From positions 1,348,932-1,412,931 of the forward strand of contig CAVXXF010000004.1 of NCBI GenBank assembly GCA_963765635.1: a DNA stretch of 64,000 nt. The letters are read 5' to 3'. The stretch is from an uncultured Thermoleophilia bacterium (lineage in GTDB: Bacteria > Actinomycetota > Thermoleophilia > UBA2241). A program made the translations under genes and the position numbers. The notes below the pieces were generated by a model that saw only the letters and a program-made list of their open reading frames with translations, did not search any database and was not told the origin of the DNA. Shown in pieces: positions 53,067 through 62,801 of this stretch (its first letter is position 1; every line of letters starts with the position of its first letter).

Positions 53067-54854
53067 GTGGAACGCACTCTCTTCTTCTCTGGGAACGAAG
53101 CCATCGCCCACGGCGCCGTGCGCGCTGGGGCCGCTTTCGCCTGCGGTTACCCAGGGACGCCGTCGACCGAGATCCTCGAGACGGCCGCGCTCCTCGAAGG
53201 CATCCATGCCCAGTGGTGCGTCAACGAGAAGGTCGCCCTCGAGACCGCTGTGGGAGCTTCCCTCGCCGGCCGCCGCACCCTCGTGACCATGAAGCACGTG
53301 GGTCTCAACGTAGCCGCCGATCCGTTCATGACCCTCTCGCTCACCGGCGTCAACGCGGGGCTGGTCATCGTGAGCGCCGACGATCCCGGCATGCACTCCT
53401 CGCAGAACGAGCAGGACAGCCGCAACTACGCCAAGTTCGCCAAGGTCCCCATGCTCGAGCCGTCCGACAGCCAGGAGGCCTACGACTTCGTCGCCGCGGC
53501 CTTCGCCCTTTCGGAGGAGTTCGACACCCCGGTGTTGCTGCGCTCCACCACGCGGATCTCGCACGGCCGGGGGCGGGTCATCCCGCGCGTACCGGTCGTG
53601 CTCGAGCCGCGCGACTACGCGCGCGACATCAGCAAGTACGTGATGGTGCCGCAGTATGCGCGCCTCCGCAATCGGCTCGTGCTCGAGCGCCTCCAGCGGC
53701 TGCGCGGGCGCGCCGAGGAGTCGCCGCTCAACATCCTCGAGGCCGGCACCGCCGACGTCGGCATCATCTCCTCCGGCGTGGCCTACACCTATGCGCGCGA
53801 GGCGTTTCCCAAGGCGTGGTTCCTCAAGCTGGGCATGTCGCATCCGCTGCCCTATCGCAAGGTCGCGCGACTGTTTCAGCAGGTGTCGCGTGTGGCCGTG
53901 GTCGAGGAGCTCGACCCCTTCATCGAGGAGCAGATCCGCGCCCTCGGCCTGCCGGTGATCGGCAAGGAGGCCATCCCCGCGGACGGCGAGCTCGACCAGG
54001 ACGTCGTCTTTCGCACCCTGGAGCCGTTTCTCGCGCGGCGCCCGCCGCGACGCCGGCGCCCCGTCTTTCCTGCGGCGCCGCATCTCGCGGACACGCCGCA
54101 GCCCGCCGCCGGTCTGCCCGTGCGCCCGCCCGTGCTCTGCCCGGGCTGCACGCACCGCTCGGTGTTCACCGCCCTGCGGCGTCACAAACTGACACCCATG
54201 GGCGATATCGGCTGCTACACGCTGGGCGCGCTGCCGCCGCTGCTCGCCATGGACAGTTGCCTCTGCATGGGCGCCAGCATCGGCATGATGGCCGGCTTCA
54301 ACAAAGCGTTGGGGCGCAAGGCCGCCGTGGCCGTGATCGGCGATTCCACCTTCTTCCATAGCGGCGTCACGCCCCTCATCGACGCCTTCTACAACGAGGC
54401 CGACGGCCTGGTGGTGGTCATGGACAACCGCACCACCGCCATGACCGGGCATCAGGGTCACCCGGGCACGGGTCTGCGGCCTGACCGCAGTCAGGGTCCG
54501 GTCGTCGATATCCAGCACTTGTGCCAAGGCATCGGCGTGCGCTGCGCCACCGTCGACGCCAACGACTACGGCGCCCTTGACGCTGCCATCAAGGGACAGC
54601 TCGACGTGCCCGGGCTGGGCGTCATCGTCGCCCTCGCGCCATGCGTCCTGATGGTGCGCGAGAAGGCCGGCGAGATCGTCGTCGACGGCGAGCGCTGTAA
54701 TCTTTGCGGCCTCTGCCTCGACATCGGCTGCCCGGCGCTGGCCCCCGGCGCGGACGCCGTGTCGGTCACCGACGCGTGTACCGGGTGCGGTCTGTGCATC
54801 GAAGTCTGCCGGCGGGGCGCTTTGAGCTGCGCCGGCGCCCCGGGCGCCTCATGA
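53067..54854 (+). CDS. iorA: Indolepyruvate/arylpyruvate ferredoxin oxidoreductase alpha subunit (TPP-binding, with C-terminal 2x[4Fe-4S] ferredoxin domain)
   Basis: 595 aa. N-terminal GYPGTPSTEILE, TPP motif GDSTFFHSG...MDNRTTAMTGHQ. C-terminal CNLCGLCLDIGCP and CTGCGLCIEVC. Confidence 0.9.
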   Translation: MERTLFFSGNEAIAHGAVRAGAAFACGYPGTPSTEILETAALLEGIHAQWCVNEKVALETAVGASLAGRRTLVTMKHVGLNVAADPFMTLSLTGVNAGLVIVSADDPGMHSSQNEQDSRNYAKFAKVPMLEPSDSQEAYDFVAAAFALSEEFDTPVLLRSTTRISHGRGRVIPRVPVVLEPRDYARDISKYVMVPQYARLRNRLVLERLQRLRGRAEESPLNILEAGTADVGIISSGVAYTYAREAFPKAWFLKLGMSHPLPYRKVARLFQQVSRVAVVEELDPFIEEQIRALGLPVIGKEAIPADGELDQDVVFRTLEPFLARRPPRRRRPVFPAAPHLADTPQPAAGLPVRPPVLCPGCTHRSVFTALRRHKLTPMGDIGCYTLGALPPLLAMDSCLCMGASIGMMAGFNKALGRKAAVAVIGDSTFFHSGVTPLIDAFYNEADGLVVVMDNRTTAMTGHQGHPGTGLRPDRSQGPVVDIQHLCQGIGVRCATVDANDYGALDAAIKGQLDVPGLGVIVALAPCVLMVREKAGEIVVDGERCNLCGLCLDIGCPALAPGADAVSVTDACTGCGLCIEVCRRGALSCAGAPGAS

Positions 54855-55447
54855 ACGGTACCACCACCGTCTCACTCGTGGGGGTCGGCGGCCAGGGCAT
54901 CCTGCTGGCGGCGGCGATACTCGCCGAGACGGCCTCCGCCGAGGGTCTGGACGTCAAAGCCAGTGAGGTCAAGGGTATGTCGCAGCGCGGCGGCAGCGTG
55001 CTGAGCACCGTGCGCTTCGGCGACAACGTGTGGTCGCCGGTCGCGCGGTACGCGGATCTGGTGATCGCCACCGAACTGCTGGAGGGCCACCGTGGCCTCG
55101 CCCTGCTGGCTCCTCGGGGCACGCTGGTCTGCGCCGTCACCACGCGGATCGTGCCCGGCAGCGTGCTGCGCCGCGAGGACGAGTATCCGCACGATCTGCC
55201 GGCCGCCGCCGCCGCCCGCGGCGTGAAGCTCATCGCCGTCGACGCCGAAACGCTGGCCCGCGAGGCCGGTACCCTGCGCGCGGTCAACGTCGCGCTGCTT
55301 GGCGCGGCGAGTACGGCGCTGCCGTTCGCCGCGGCGTCATGGCAGCGCGGCCTGGCCGCCGCCGTGCCGGGCAAGATCCTGGAGGTCAACCAACGGGCCT
55401 TCGCCCTCGGGCGAGGCGCCGTCAGCAACGAGGAGGCCGGGCCGTGA
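54851..55447 (+). CDS. iorB: Indolepyruvate ferredoxin oxidoreductase beta subunit
   Basis: ATGA overlap with iorA; VGVGGQGILLAAAILAE...KGMSQRGGSV matches IorB/PorG-type subunit. Confidence 0.85.
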   Translation: MNGTTTVSLVGVGGQGILLAAAILAETASAEGLDVKASEVKGMSQRGGSVLSTVRFGDNVWSPVARYADLVIATELLEGHRGLALLAPRGTLVCAVTTRIVPGSVLRREDEYPHDLPAAAAARGVKLIAVDAETLAREAGTLRAVNVALLGAASTALPFAAASWQRGLAAAVPGKILEVNQRAFALGRGAVSNEEAGP

Positions 55448-55857
55448 AGGTCACGCAGCTCACCGTGTTTCTCGAGAATCGCAGCGGGCGCCTCGCGGAG
55501 GTCGCCGACCTGCTCGGCGCCGCCGGCATCAACATCCGCGGGTTCTCCACCACGGAGGCCGCCGAGTACGGCATCGTACGGCTCATCGTCAGCGACCCCG
55601 TCAAAGGCCGGACCTTGCTCCACGACGCCGGCTTCACGACGCACTTCTCGCAGGTGATCTGCGTGAGGGTCCCCGATGAGCCCGGCGGCCTCGCCCGGGT
55701 CCTCGACCAGGTGGCCGCCGCCGGGGCGTCCATCGACTACCTGTACAGCATCTCGTTCCAGAACATCTGCTTCGCGGTGCGCGACATCGACCGCGCCGTC
55801 GAGCTGCTCGCGGACAAGGTGACGCTGCTCAGCGACGAGGAGGTGCGCGCCCTATGA
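55444..55857 (+). CDS. ACT-domain protein (conserved companion of iorAB-paaK clusters)
   Basis: 137 aa, two ACT-like halves (LTVFLENRSGRLAEVADLLGAAGINIRGF / ICVRVPDEPGGLARVLDQVAAAGASI); GTGA overlap. Confidence 0.75.
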   Translation: MKVTQLTVFLENRSGRLAEVADLLGAAGINIRGFSTTEAAEYGIVRLIVSDPVKGRTLLHDAGFTTHFSQVICVRVPDEPGGLARVLDQVAAAGASIDYLYSISFQNICFAVRDIDRAVELLADKVTLLSDEEVRAL

Positions 55858-57203
55858 GCGCATCGTCCCCCGAGCGCCTGTCGCCGGACAACGTCGGCGG
55901 CCTCATGTGGGAGCCGGCCGCCGAGTCGCTGCCGGCCCCTCAGCTCGCCGAGCTGCAGATCGAGCGGCTGCGCGCGATGCTCGAGAACGCCTACGACAAC
56001 GTGCCCTTCTACCGCAAGAAGCTCGACGAAGCGGGCCTGAAGCCCGGCGACGTGGGCCGCCACGACGACCTCGCCGGGCTGCCGTTCACCACCAAGATCG
56101 ACCTGCGCGACCACTACCCGTTCGGCATGTTCGCGCGGCCCCGCGACCAGATCGTGCGCGTGCACGCCTCCTCCGGCACCACGGGTAACCCCACCACCGT
56201 GGGCTACACGCGCGCCGACATCGACACCTGGGGCGACCTCATCGCGCGCACCCTGGCGGCCGGCGGCGTCAAGCCCGGCGACCTCCTGCAGAACGCCTAC
56301 GGCTACGGGCTCTTCACCGGCGGGCTCGGCCTGCACTTCGGCGCCGAGCGCCTGGGCTGCACCGTGGTGCCCATCTCGGGCGGCAACACCGAGCGCCAAC
56401 TCAAGGTCATGCGCGACTTCGGCGCCACGGCGCTCAGCTGCACGCCCTCGTATGCGATGTACCTCGGCGACGCCGCCCGCGACCGCGGGCTGCGGCCCGA
56501 GGATCTACCCATCCGCGTCGGCTTCCACGGCGCCGAGCCCTGGACCAACGAGCTCCGTCTGCAGATAGAGGCGGGTCTCGGCATCGACGCCCTCGACATC
56601 TACGGGCTCAGCGAGATGGGCGGACCCGGGGTCGCCTTCGAGTGCCTCTGCAAGGCCGGCATGCACGTCAACGAGGATCACTACCTGGCCGAGGTCATCG
56701 ACCCCGAGACGCTGCGGCCGCTGCCCGCGGGCGAGGTCGGGGAGCTCGTCTTCACGACCCTCTCTCGCGAGGCCCAGCCGCTGATCCGCTACCGCACGCG
56801 CGATCTGTGCAGCCTCATCTCCGAGCCCTGCGCTTGCGGGCGCACGTCGGTGCGCATGAGCAAGCCCATCGGGCGCAGCGACGACATGCTGATCATCAGG
56901 GGCGTCAACGTCTTCCCCAGCCAGATCGAGGAAGTCCTGATGAGCATCCCCGAGATCGAGCCGCACTACCAGATCGTCGTCGACCGCAAGGGCTACCTCG
57001 ACGTCATCGAGGTCTGGGTGGAGGTCGGCGAGGACATCTTCGCCGAGACGATGGGCGACCTGGAGCGCTTCCAGCGCAGGGTGCAGGCGCAGATCTACAA
57101 CGTGCTCAACATCCAGGTCGCGGTGAAGCTCAAGGAGCCCAAGGCGATCCAGCGCTCCGAGGGCAAGGCAGTGCGCGTCGTCGACCGGCGCAAGGCGCTC
57201 TGA
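55854..57203 (+). CDS. paaK: Phenylacetate-CoA ligase
   Basis: 449 aa; SSGTTGNPT AMP-binding motif, YGLSE, PaaK-specific N-terminal LQIERLRAMLENAYDNVPFYRKKLDEAGL; ATGA overlap. Confidence 0.9.
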   Translation: MSASSPERLSPDNVGGLMWEPAAESLPAPQLAELQIERLRAMLENAYDNVPFYRKKLDEAGLKPGDVGRHDDLAGLPFTTKIDLRDHYPFGMFARPRDQIVRVHASSGTTGNPTTVGYTRADIDTWGDLIARTLAAGGVKPGDLLQNAYGYGLFTGGLGLHFGAERLGCTVVPISGGNTERQLKVMRDFGATALSCTPSYAMYLGDAARDRGLRPEDLPIRVGFHGAEPWTNELRLQIEAGLGIDALDIYGLSEMGGPGVAFECLCKAGMHVNEDHYLAEVIDPETLRPLPAGEVGELVFTTLSREAQPLIRYRTRDLCSLISEPCACGRTSVRMSKPIGRSDDMLIIRGVNVFPSQIEEVLMSIPEIEPHYQIVVDRKGYLDVIEVWVEVGEDIFAETMGDLERFQRRVQAQIYNVLNIQVAVKLKEPKAIQRSEGKAVRVVDRRKAL

Positions 57204-57250
57204 GCGCGCTGTGCACGGCCGCTCGCCGGAGCGGCGGCCTGGGCGCGTCG

Positions 57251-57260
57251 CTATAATCGA
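57251..57260 (+). promoter_or_regulatory. -10 box GCTATAATCG 5 nt upstream of the aor GTG start (probable leaderless transcript)
   Basis: TATAAT at 57253-57258, GTG at 57264; same decamer as upstream of iorA. Confidence 0.5.
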
Positions 57261-57263
57261 CGC

Positions 57264-59087
57264 GTGACCGCCTCCGCTTCAGCACTTCGTCCGCTGCGCG
57301 GCCTGCGCATCGACCTGAGCGCGCACACGGCGCGCGACGAGCAGCTGTCGGCTGACGTGGCGCGCGCGTTCCTCGGCGGCCGCGGTCTGGCTGCGTATCT
57401 CGCCCTGCGCGAGCGGCTGTACGAAGTCGAGCCGCTCAGCCCCGAGAACCTGCTGATCTTCGCGCCGGGCCCCCTCACGGGCACCGGCGCCCCGGCGAGC
57501 GGCCGCTACAGCGTCACCAGCCGCTCGCCGCTCACGGGTACCGTGTTTGACGGCAACTCGGGCGGCAACTGGGGCAACGCCTTCCGCCGCATCGGCTGGG
57601 ACTACCTGGTGGTCGTCGGCGCCCTCGACGAACCCGGCTACGTGTCGATCGGCGTCGACGGCGTGGAATGGCACGACGCCGCCGGCGTGTGGGGCCTCGA
57701 CGTGCCGGCCTCTCTGGAGCGTCTGCGCGAGCTGCATCCGCAGTGCGAGGCCGCGGTCATCGGCCCGGCGGGCGAGCGCGGCGTGCTCTTCGCCTCCATC
57801 GTCAACAATCGCGGGCGTTCCATCGGCCGCGGTGGCCTGGGCGCCGTGATGGGCTTCAAGAAGCTCAAGGCCGTCGTGGTCGCCGGGCACGGCGCCCATC
57901 GGCCCGCAGTCGCCGATCCTGAGCGCCTCGAGTTCATCGTGTACGAGGCCGAGAAGGTCCTCAAGGCCAACCCGATCACCTCCCAGGCGCTGCCCGAGTT
58001 CGGCACGTCGGTGCTGGTCAACGTGCTCAACCAGGCCGGGGCCTTCCCGACGCGCAACTTCCGCGAGAGCCAGTTCGAGCTGGCCGGCCAGATCTCCGGA
58101 GAGATGCTCAAACGCGACCACGTGCAGAAGCGCGCCGCCTGCCGCGGCTGCGTCATCGGCTGCGCGCGGCGCACCACGGCCGGCGGCCAGAGCGGCGAGG
58201 GGCCCGAGTACGAGAGCATCTGGGCGCTCGGCGGCGACTGCGGCGTCGGCGACCTCACCGCCATCGTGCAGGCCAACTACGCCTGCAACCGGGCCGGCAT
58301 GGACACGATCACCATGGGCTCCACGATCGCCTGCGCCATGGAGCTCACGGAGGAGGGCCTGCTGCCCGGCGGGCCACGCTTCGGGGACGCCGCGGCGGTC
58401 GTCGCGCTCGCCGCGGCGACGGGCGCCGGGGAGGGCCTCGGCGTCGAGCTCGGCCAGGGCTCCGCGCGCTTCGCCGCCGCACACGGCCGGCCCGAGCTCT
58501 CGATGAGCGTGAAGCGCATGGAGATGCCCGCCTACGACCCGCGCGGCATGAAAGCCCAGGGCCTTGCCTTCGCCACCAGCAATCGCGGCGGCTGCCACCT
58601 GCGCGCCAACATGCTCAATCCCGAGATCCTCGGCGTGCCCAAGATGGTCGACCGCTTCGCGACCCTCGGCAAGTCGGGGCTGCTCATCAACATGCAGAAC
58701 CTCAACGCCGTGCTCGACTCGCTGAGCGTGTGCAAGTTCACCTCGTTCGCCATGAAGGAGGACTACTACGCGCGCCTGCTGAGCGCCGTGTGGGGCGAGA
58801 CCATCGAGCCGCAGGAGCTGCTGCTGCTCGGCGAGCGCATCTGGACGGCCGAGCGGCTCTTCAACAACGCCGCGGGCTTCACGCGCGCCGACGACACCCT
58901 GCCGGACCGGCTGCTCCACGAGCCCGTGCCGTCCGGGCCGTCCGCCGGCCACGTGGTGGACTTGCCGCCGATGCTCGACGAGTACTACGTCGCGCGCGGC
59001 TGGGACGCCGAGGGGCGGCCCGGTGCGGCCAAGCTCGACAGGCTCGGCCTGGGCGAGCTCGCGGCGGACATCGAGGCGGCGCCGTGA
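57264..59087 (+). CDS. aor: Tungsten-type aldehyde:ferredoxin oxidoreductase (AOR family)
   Basis: 607 aa. AFOR_N plus AFOR_C. Fe-S ligand triplet CRGCVIGC plus a distal Cys. Pterin-binding motifs E..WALGGDCG and ATSNRGGCHLRA. Confidence 0.9.
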   Translation: MTASASALRPLRGLRIDLSAHTARDEQLSADVARAFLGGRGLAAYLALRERLYEVEPLSPENLLIFAPGPLTGTGAPASGRYSVTSRSPLTGTVFDGNSGGNWGNAFRRIGWDYLVVVGALDEPGYVSIGVDGVEWHDAAGVWGLDVPASLERLRELHPQCEAAVIGPAGERGVLFASIVNNRGRSIGRGGLGAVMGFKKLKAVVVAGHGAHRPAVADPERLEFIVYEAEKVLKANPITSQALPEFGTSVLVNVLNQAGAFPTRNFRESQFELAGQISGEMLKRDHVQKRAACRGCVIGCARRTTAGGQSGEGPEYESIWALGGDCGVGDLTAIVQANYACNRAGMDTITMGSTIACAMELTEEGLLPGGPRFGDAAAVVALAAATGAGEGLGVELGQGSARFAAAHGRPELSMSVKRMEMPAYDPRGMKAQGLAFATSNRGGCHLRANMLNPEILGVPKMVDRFATLGKSGLLINMQNLNAVLDSLSVCKFTSFAMKEDYYARLLSAVWGETIEPQELLLLGERIWTAERLFNNAAGFTRADDTLPDRLLHEPVPSGPSAGHVVDLPPMLDEYYVARGWDAEGRPGAAKLDRLGLGELAADIEAAP

Positions 59088-59695
59088 GCTCCTCCGCCGT
59101 CCTCGATCAGTTCCGCACCATCGGCCGCGACCTTTTCCTCGCCGGCGTCATCAGCTCGCACGGCGGCAATCTCAGCGTGCGCCAGGGCGACCAGATCCTC
59201 ATCACGCGCCGCGGTTCCATGCTGGCGCGGCTCGAGGAACGCGACATCATCGCCACGAGCCTCGAGGGAAACGACGCCAACGTGATGCTGGCCTCCACCG
59301 AGATCGGCGTGCACCGCGCCATCTACCTGGGCACCGCGGCACAGGCCATCGTGCACGCGCATCCGCCGTACGCCATCGCACGTTCGCTGGTCTGCGACGA
59401 GATCGTGCCCGTCGACAGCGAGGGCTCCTACCTGCTGCACAAGGTGCCGGTCGTGTCGGCCGAGCTCACGGTCGGATCCACGGCAGTGGCCGAGCTGCTG
59501 TCCAAGTGGCTCAAGGAGTACGACCTCGTCATGCTGCGCGGGCACGGACCTTTCGCCATCGGCCATCTGCTGGAAGAGGCCTACCAGCTCACCAGCGTCT
59601 TCGAGATGACGTGCCGGATCCTCACCCTCGCCGAAGGCATGGGGCAGACGGTCAAGGAATACCGCAAGGGCTCCGAGCGCTACGAGAGCTGGTGA
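59084..59695 (+). CDS. Class II aldolase/adducin-family protein
   Basis: 203 aa; SSHGGNLSVR, metal-binding His in VHAHPPYA and GHGPF; GTGA overlap with aor. Confidence 0.8.
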   Translation: MSSSAVLDQFRTIGRDLFLAGVISSHGGNLSVRQGDQILITRRGSMLARLEERDIIATSLEGNDANVMLASTEIGVHRAIYLGTAAQAIVHAHPPYAIARSLVCDEIVPVDSEGSYLLHKVPVVSAELTVGSTAVAELLSKWLKEYDLVMLRGHGPFAIGHLLEEAYQLTSVFEMTCRILTLAEGMGQTVKEYRKGSERYESW

Positions 59696-59705
59696 GCGCG
59701 GAGTC

Positions 59706-61943
59706 TTAGAGGCCGAAGAGGCCGGCGAACCAGCCTGCGGCCGCGCCGGCCAGCCCTCGCGAGCCGTCCCCCGCGGCGGACGACGCCGTCAGCGGGGCGG
59801 CCGCTTTCGGGCCGATCCCCACCGAGGGTGTCGCCGTCGGGGTGGGCTTGGGAGCCGTCGGCGTGGGCTTCGGCGTGGTGGGCGTGGGCGTGGGAGTCGG
59901 CGTCACCGTCGGGGTGATCGTCTTCGTGGGCCCCGGCGACGGCGAAGCGCTGCCGGAGGGCGAAGGCGACGCCGACGGCGACATGCCCTGCATCTCGCCG
60001 CGCCAACTCCCGAACGTCCACGGCACCACCGCGAAGCTTGGGTGCGGCCGGCCTTCGAGGGCCGCGGCGAAGAACTTGCCCCACATCGGCGCGCAGTACG
60101 TGCCGCCGAAGGTCGACCCCATCGGCAACCGCTTATCGATGTTCCCCATCCACACGGCGGCGGCGAGCTGCGGCGTGTACCCCGAGTACCAGACATCGCA
60201 GTTGTCGTCGGCGGTCCCGGTCTTGCCGGCGCGCGGGTAGGGGAAATAGGCGCCGGTCGAACTGCCGGTGCCGGAGACGGCCACGGTCTCGAGGATCTTC
60301 GTCACTTCTGAGGCGATGCCGGCGGGGATGGCGCGCACGCCCTTCGTCCTCGGCCTCCAGATGACGTCCCCGCTGCGGTTCACGACTTTGACGATCGCCT
60401 GCGGCGTGTGGTGGATACCCCCGCTGGCGAAGGTCGCGTAGGCGTCGGCCATCTCGAGCGGCGTGACGCCTGAGGTACCCAAGGTGATGGACGGCACGGG
60501 GTCGAGCCGGCTCTTGACGCCCAGCTTGTGCGCCATCGTCACGGTGTTCTCGGGGCCGACGTCGACGCTGAGCTGCGCGTAGACGACGTTGTCGGAGATG
60601 GTGGTGGCCGCGGCTACGCTCTCCATGCCGCCGGGGCCGTCGCCGTTCACGACCCAGGGCGCGGCGTAGGCGCCCATGGGGATGATGATGGGACTCTTGG
60701 AGTTGTAGTAGGTGGTGTAGGGATTCATGCCCTGCTCGATGCCGGTGGTGAGCACGAAGGGCTTCATCGCCGAGCCCGGCTGACGCTTGGCCTGCCAAGC
60801 GAGATTGAACTGCTGCTTCTTGTAGTCCAGACCGCCGACCATGGTACGGATGTAGCCGTTGCGGGGGTCGATGGCCACGAGGGCCGCCGAAGGCTTGAAG
60901 CCGAAGTCCAGCGGCGCGGTGGTGCTCTTGATCACGGCGATGGCTTCACGCTGCCAGTCCATGTTGATACTCGTGTATACATCGAGGCCGCCCTCGAAAA
61001 CCCTGGCCGTGCCGTACTTCTTGGTGAGCACGGAGGTGACGTAGTCGATGAAGTAGTCGGCCATGCTGTCGTTGGGGTTGTGGGGGCGCGCGTACACGCT
61101 GAGCTTCTTCTTCATGGTCGCCGTCGCCCTCGCCTGCGAGATGTAGCCCTGGTCGGCCATGAGCTGCAGCACGACGTCGCGGCGTTGCTTGGCCTGTTTC
61201 GGGGCGACCGTGGGCGTGATCTCGGACGGAGCCTTGGGCAGCGCCGCGAGCAGAGCCGCCTCCTTGAGGTTGAGCTCGGAGACGTGCTTGTGGAAGTACG
61301 TCAGCGAGGCCGCCTCCACCCCGTAGGCGCTGGCGCCGTAGAACACGGTGTTGAGGTATTCGGTGAGGATCTTGTCTTTGGACCACCGGTCTTCGAGCTG
61401 CCAGGCAAGTACCGCCTCGCGGATCTTGCGCGTGTAGGTGCGTTCGTCGCCGACGTAGGCGTTCTTCACGAACTGCTCGGTGATCGTCGAGCCGCCCTGG
61501 ACCACGCCGCCGGCGCGCACGTTCTCGAGCACGGCGCGCATCACGCCCTGAAAGTCGACGCCGTGATGCGTGTAGAAGCGCGCATCCTCGGTGGCCACGG
61601 TGGCCTGCTTCATGACGTCGGGGATGTCCGTGCTGAGCACCGGCACGCGGTTCTCGGCGCCGCGCAGCTCCGCGATGACCTCGCCGTGGCTGTCGTAGAC
61701 CGTGGTGTTCACGGCGTTCGTCCGCCGACTTAGATCTTGGAGCGAGGGCAGGTTGCGCGAGAGCGCGAAGATGGCGCCGGCGGCCATGCCGAAGCCGACG
61801 ATGCAGAGCAGCAGGACGACGACCGCGGTGATCTTCAGCCAGCGATACTTGCGCTTGTTCTTGGCCGTGGCCCTCTGCCGGCGCTCGCGGCTGCGCCGCG
61901 CTACGTCGTCTGGGCGGGAGGTGTATCGAGTGTAGTCAGCCAT
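59706..61943 (-). CDS. Class A penicillin-binding protein (transglycosylase plus transpeptidase) with Pro/Thr-rich C-terminal tail
   Basis: GT51 motifs EDARFYTHHGVD, GGSTITQQ variant GGSTITEQ. TP motifs SAMKP (SxxK), SDN, KTGT. N-terminal TM. Confidence 0.9.
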   Translation of the reverse strand: MADYTRYTSRPDDVARRSRERRQRATAKNKRKYRWLKITAVVVLLLCIVGFGMAAGAIFALSRNLPSLQDLSRRTNAVNTTVYDSHGEVIAELRGAENRVPVLSTDIPDVMKQATVATEDARFYTHHGVDFQGVMRAVLENVRAGGVVQGGSTITEQFVKNAYVGDERTYTRKIREAVLAWQLEDRWSKDKILTEYLNTVFYGASAYGVEAASLTYFHKHVSELNLKEAALLAALPKAPSEITPTVAPKQAKQRRDVVLQLMADQGYISQARATATMKKKLSVYARPHNPNDSMADYFIDYVTSVLTKKYGTARVFEGGLDVYTSINMDWQREAIAVIKSTTAPLDFGFKPSAALVAIDPRNGYIRTMVGGLDYKKQQFNLAWQAKRQPGSAMKPFVLTTGIEQGMNPYTTYYNSKSPIIIPMGAYAAPWVVNGDGPGGMESVAAATTISDNVVYAQLSVDVGPENTVTMAHKLGVKSRLDPVPSITLGTSGVTPLEMADAYATFASGGIHHTPQAIVKVVNRSGDVIWRPRTKGVRAIPAGIASEVTKILETVAVSGTGSSTGAYFPYPRAGKTGTADDNCDVWYSGYTPQLAAAVWMGNIDKRLPMGSTFGGTYCAPMWGKFFAAALEGRPHPSFAVVPWTFGSWRGEMQGMSPSASPSPSGSASPSPGPTKTITPTVTPTPTPTPTTPKPTPTAPKPTPTATPSVGIGPKAAAPLTASSAAGDGSRGLAGAAAGWFAGLFGL
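59815..59945 (-). repeat. Low-complexity coding repeat (PT/PKPT linker) within the PBP gene
   Basis: DNA shows tandem GGCGTGGGC-like units; protein GPTKTITPTVTPTPTPTPTTPKPTPTAPKPTPTATP. Confidence 0.6.
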
Positions 61944-62024
61944 GGCTCACCATTGTACCCGGTAGAAGACGCGCGAGCCGCCGGCCGCGTTCACGCAGGG
62001 GCGCGGCTCAGGTCGTCGTGGTCG

Positions 62025-62795
62025 TCACCGGCATCTTCGGCGTCGGCGCCTGGCTTGCCTCTTTGGCTGTACCAGGCGGGCGAGCGGGATGGAGAGCTCG
62101 TAGAGGACCAGAAGGGGGATGAACATGGCGAGCATCGAGAAGGCGTCCTGGCTGGGCGTGATGAAGGCCGCCACGAGGGCCATGATGAGGATCGCGTAGC
62201 GACGGTGCTTGCGCAGGAACTTGTCGTCGACCACGCCCACCTTGGCGAGCAGCACGAGGACCACTGGCATCTCGAACACCGCCCCAAAGGCGAGCACGAA
62301 GAGCGCCACGAAGGTGAAGTAGTCGCTGGCCCGGTTCTGGATGTTGAAGTTGCCGCTGCCGAAGCCGAGCAGGAACTGCAGGCCCTTGGGCAGCACGACG
62401 AGGTAGCCGAAGACCACGCCGGCGAGGAAGAGCACGGTGGTGGCGATGACCACGGGGTAGAAGTAACGCTTCTCGGTGCTGGAGAAGGCCGGCCCCACGT
62501 AGGCCCACATCTCGTAGATGAGGATGGGCGCCGCGAGCATGATGCCGACGACCACCCAGATCTTGAGGCTGGTCATGAAGGGCTCGGCGGGGCTGAAGGT
62601 GGTGAGTTTGTACGCCGCGGGGTCGAGGCCCGACACCTGCTTGAGGGGGTAGAGCAGCAGGTCGAAGACGATGCTGTTGAACACGGCCGCCACGAGCACG
62701 CCGACGGCCAGCGCGATGAGCGACCACATGAGTCGCTTGCGCAGCTCGTCGAGGTGCTCGAACAGGGTGAAGCGCTCGTCGACATTGACGGGCAT
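62025..62795 (-). CDS. tatC: Twin-arginine translocase subunit TatC
   Basis: 256 aa, six TM; MPVNVDERFTLFEHLDELRKRL N-terminal TatC signature. Confidence 0.9.
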   Translation of the reverse strand: MPVNVDERFTLFEHLDELRKRLMWSLIALAVGVLVAAVFNSIVFDLLLYPLKQVSGLDPAAYKLTTFSPAEPFMTSLKIWVVVGIMLAAPILIYEMWAYVGPAFSSTEKRYFYPVVIATTVLFLAGVVFGYLVVLPKGLQFLLGFGSGNFNIQNRASDYFTFVALFVLAFGAVFEMPVVLVLLAKVGVVDDKFLRKHRRYAILIMALVAAFITPSQDAFSMLAMFIPLLVLYELSIPLARLVQPKRQARRRRRRCR

Positions 62796-62801
62796 CGCGG
62801 C

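Noticed and set aside
59815-59945. Tandem GGCGTGGGC-like DNA repeats as a possible CRISPR or mobile repeat
   Set aside because: They lie inside the PBP reading frame and encode a Pro/Thr/Lys linker; no spacer structure, no cas genes.
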